This document shows positions 58,523 through 60,261 of a stretch of DNA of 60,261 nucleotides, one piece after another (positions within the stretch are counted from its first letter, which is position 1; every line of letters starts with the position of its first letter). Made by a program: the position numbers and the translations under genes. The DNA comes from an uncultured Lentisphaeraceae bacterium (GTDB taxonomy: Bacteria; Verrucomicrobiota; Kiritimatiellia; RFP12; UBA1067). Below the pieces are notes generated by a model. It was not told the DNA's origin and did no database searches. It worked only from the letters and a program-made list of their open reading frames with translations. Where the stretch lies: positions 1 through 60,261 of the forward strand of contig CAZYQF010000001.1 in NCBI GenBank assembly GCA_964650165.1. The letters run 5' to 3'.

Positions 58523-59162
58523 GATGCTCGAGGACCTCGACGGCTTCCTGCTCGTCGACAAGCCCGCCGGCATCGCCTTTGCCTCCGTCGTCAAGACGGT
58601 CAAGCGGAAGTTCAATCTCGTCAAAGTCGGTCACGGCGGCTCTCTCGACGCGATGGCCTCGGGTCTTTTCGTTCTCCTCATCAACGATGCCAACAAGTTC
58701 GTGAACGACGTCATGGGGGCGGACCGCGAATACGAGGCGACGATCAAGCCGGGGTTCACCACCGACACGGGCGACGTCTACGGACGCCCCGTTCCCCCGC
58801 CCGACCGCATTCCGGATCTCTCCGAGTTCAAAGGCGACATCTTCCAGACCGAACCGCGCTACTGCTCGATCCGCAAGGAGGGCAGTGCCGCCTACGAGAT
58901 CGCCGACACCGGCGAACATGCCCAGTTCCTCGCGCATGTCTACCGACTCGAGCTGAATGGCGAGGAGCTCAAGCTGCGCGCCTCCAAGGGCGTGATCGTC
59001 CGCGCGCTCGTCAACGACATGGGCGCCTGCCTCAAGGCCCTCCGGCGCACCAGGATCGGGAAGTTCTCGGTGACGGACGCCATTCCGTTCGACAAGCTCC
59101 TCGAGCTCGAGCTCAAGGACTTCTCCTCGGTCGTCCTTCCTCTCTCCAAGGCGCTTTCATGA
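58500..59162 (+). CDS. truB: tRNA pseudouridine(55) synthase (short form without an obvious PUA domain)
   Basis: GFLLVDKPAG and the VGHGGSLDAMASG catalytic Asp motif. 220 aa. Confidence 0.85.
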   Translation: MANLTQLKMLEDLDGFLLVDKPAGIAFASVVKTVKRKFNLVKVGHGGSLDAMASGLFVLLINDANKFVNDVMGADREYEATIKPGFTTDTGDVYGRPVPPPDRIPDLSEFKGDIFQTEPRYCSIRKEGSAAYEIADTGEHAQFLAHVYRLELNGEELKLRASKGVIVRALVNDMGACLKALRRTRIGKFSVTDAIPFDKLLELELKDFSSVVLPLSKALS

Positions 59163-59989
59163 TACTGGCAGTCGGATTCTTCGATGGCGTCCATCTCGGG
59201 CACCAGGAGATTCTCCGCGGCGCCGACGCGGCCCTCACCTTCCGCAACCATCCGCTTTCAGTCCTCGCTCCCGAGCTTGCCCCGCGTCTTCTGATGAGGC
59301 CCGAGGACCGTTTCGCCGCCATCAGAAACTGTGGCGTCGCGGAGGTCGTCGCCCTCGATTTCACCCCGGAACTGGCCGCGCTTTCGCCGGCCGCCTTTCT
59401 TGACCGTCTCTCCACGCTCGTGCCGCTTGAGGCCCTCTCGGTCCGCTGCGGCGCCAACTGGCATTTCGGCGCCGGCGGAACAGGAGATGCCGCCTTTCTG
59501 AGGTCGCGCGGAATCGGCGTCACGGTCGTTCCGTTCGCCGAATACAGGGGAGAGCGCATCTCCTCGACCCGCATCCGATCCGCCCTCGAATCCGGCGACG
59601 TTACGGCCGCGAATGCGATGCTCGGTCGCGCGTTTGCGGTTTCTGGCACCGTGTTTCGGGGAAAGGGCGAAGGCTCGAACCTTGGCTTTCCGACGGTCAA
59701 CCTGAGGCCTGCGAACCTCGCGCTCAAGCTGCCGTTCGGCGTCTATGCGGTCCGCGTCGGCGACGCAACGGGCGTCGCCAATTACGGGCTTGCTCCGACG
59801 ATGGGTCCGCGTGCTTGGACCGAACCGACACTTGAAATCCATTTCCCGGACGGAGCTCCCGACGGCCTTGCGGCCGAATCCGTCCTCTCGGTTTCCCTGC
59901 TTCGCTTTGTTCGGCCGGAACGCACGTTCGCCTCCGCCGCGGAGCTTCAGCGCCAAATCGCCGAGGACGTGAAGTCGTGCCGGGCTTAA
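59159..59989 (+). CDS. ribF: Bifunctional riboflavin kinase / FMN adenylyltransferase
   Basis: GFFDGVHLGHQ, GKGEGSNLGFPTVN, LEIHF. ATGA overlap with truB. Confidence 0.85.
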   Translation: MILAVGFFDGVHLGHQEILRGADAALTFRNHPLSVLAPELAPRLLMRPEDRFAAIRNCGVAEVVALDFTPELAALSPAAFLDRLSTLVPLEALSVRCGANWHFGAGGTGDAAFLRSRGIGVTVVPFAEYRGERISSTRIRSALESGDVTAANAMLGRAFAVSGTVFRGKGEGSNLGFPTVNLRPANLALKLPFGVYAVRVGDATGVANYGLAPTMGPRAWTEPTLEIHFPDGAPDGLAAESVLSVSLLRFVRPERTFASAAELQRQIAEDVKSCRA

Positions 59990-60030
59990 CCGGCCTCCTC
60001 GCAGCGATCGCACCCTGCCGAAGCTGACCG

Positions 60031-60261
60031 TCACCGGCACCGGGACGGAGCCGATCCTCCGGCCGTGAGCTCGCGTATGCGCCAGGCGCGCATCGTCAGG
60101 CCGGTTGTCCGCTTGAACATCTTCTTCAGGAACACGTCCGTCTGCCAGCCGCACTGCGAGGCGATCAGGTTGATCGGGTAGTCGGGCTTTCGCAGGAGAG
60201 AAAAAACCGGCCCTTCTGCAATAGCGGTCAAAAGGTGCGCCTGAAACCAAGCTAAGAATAC
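60031..60261 (-). CDS. AraC-family transcriptional regulator, C-terminal HTH part (5' end outside the window)
   Basis: The reverse frame is open to the window edge (VFLAWFQAHLLTAIAEG...). INLIASQCGWQTDVFLKKMFKRTTGLTMRAWR matches the second AraC HTH. Convergent with ribF. Confidence 0.55.
   Translation of the reverse strand, partial: VFLAWFQAHLLTAIAEGPVFSLLRKPDYPINLIASQCGWQTDVFLKKMFKRTTGLTMRAWRIRELTAGGSAPSRCR

Noticed and set aside
58500-59162. The short TruB (220 aa, no obvious PUA domain) as an anomaly.
   Set aside because: The catalytic motif is intact. PUA-less TruB forms exist in several lineages as far as I recall, so this is probably a lineage trait rather than a truncation.
60046-60061. 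The hairpin CGGAG-CCGATC-CTCCG between the convergent ribF and AraC-type genes as a bidirectional terminator.
   Set aside because: It has only a 5-bp stem, lies inside the AraC-type coding sequence, and has no flanking T or A runs.

Overview
A 60.3-kb, GC-rich stretch (strong G/C bias at third codon positions) of densely packed chromosomal core genes. I support 62 protein-coding genes. 61 are on the + strand and many are joined by 1-23 nt start/stop overlaps. Only a truncated AraC-type gene at the 3' edge is on the - strand.

Gene content, in order:
- a PP2C-like phosphatase / thioredoxin-like [2Fe-2S] / [FeFe]-hydrogenase-family triad
- sialate O-acetylesterase, an MsbA-like ABC exporter, an FkbH-like protein, an MFS sugar porter, and an MBL hydrolase
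- tsaD, a GT-C glycosyltransferase, dxs, a membrane NERD protein, prc, dapF
- rnfABCDG with no rnfE, then an LpxL-like acyltransferase, an RluA-type synthase and a HAD hydrolase
- rpmH-rnpA-yidD-yidC, a SAM methyltransferase, epmA, rpoD
- a membrane-anchored Cys-rich RRM protein, DJ-1, ClC, fabD-fabG-acpP
- a divergent EF-G coupled to a PPi-type phosphofructokinase
- an AI-2E transporter, rhlE, citrate synthase, argJ, a TolB-like protein, gatCA, ppiB
- a repeat lipoprotein and a DUF1015/DUF2062 pair
- rpmJ-rpsM-rpsK-rpsD-rpoA-rplQ-rpsU and nusA-infB-rbfA-truB-ribF

The content suggests an anaerobic bacterium with a Gram-negative-type envelope (Rnf, FeFe hydrogenase, PPi-PFK; MsbA, LpxL, TolB, Prc). 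A PVC-type lineage is only a guess.

I found no rRNA, tRNA, CRISPR array, transposase, integrase, phage gene or recognisable defence island. I cannot point to a clear multi-gene 'new system'.

The features that standard annotation does not explain are:
1. A very regular set of perfect extended -10 boxes (TGnTATAAT), several exactly 6 nt from an ATG. This implies leaderless mRNAs, including a tandem pair with a 10-codon mini-ORF.
2. A short dispersed repeat (GGAATCTCAGATnTCAGATTTCAGnTCGTTT) with one copy embedded in-frame inside tsaD.
3. An RRM RNA-binding protein with an N-terminal transmembrane, Cys-rich extension, preceded by heptamer repeats and a 30-nt polypurine tract.
4. An rnf operon that lacks rnfE.
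5. A phosphatase-linked, non-prototypical [FeFe]-hydrogenase module.
6. An out-of-context EF-G translationally coupled to pfp.

All calls come from reading motifs by eye. No database search was run.
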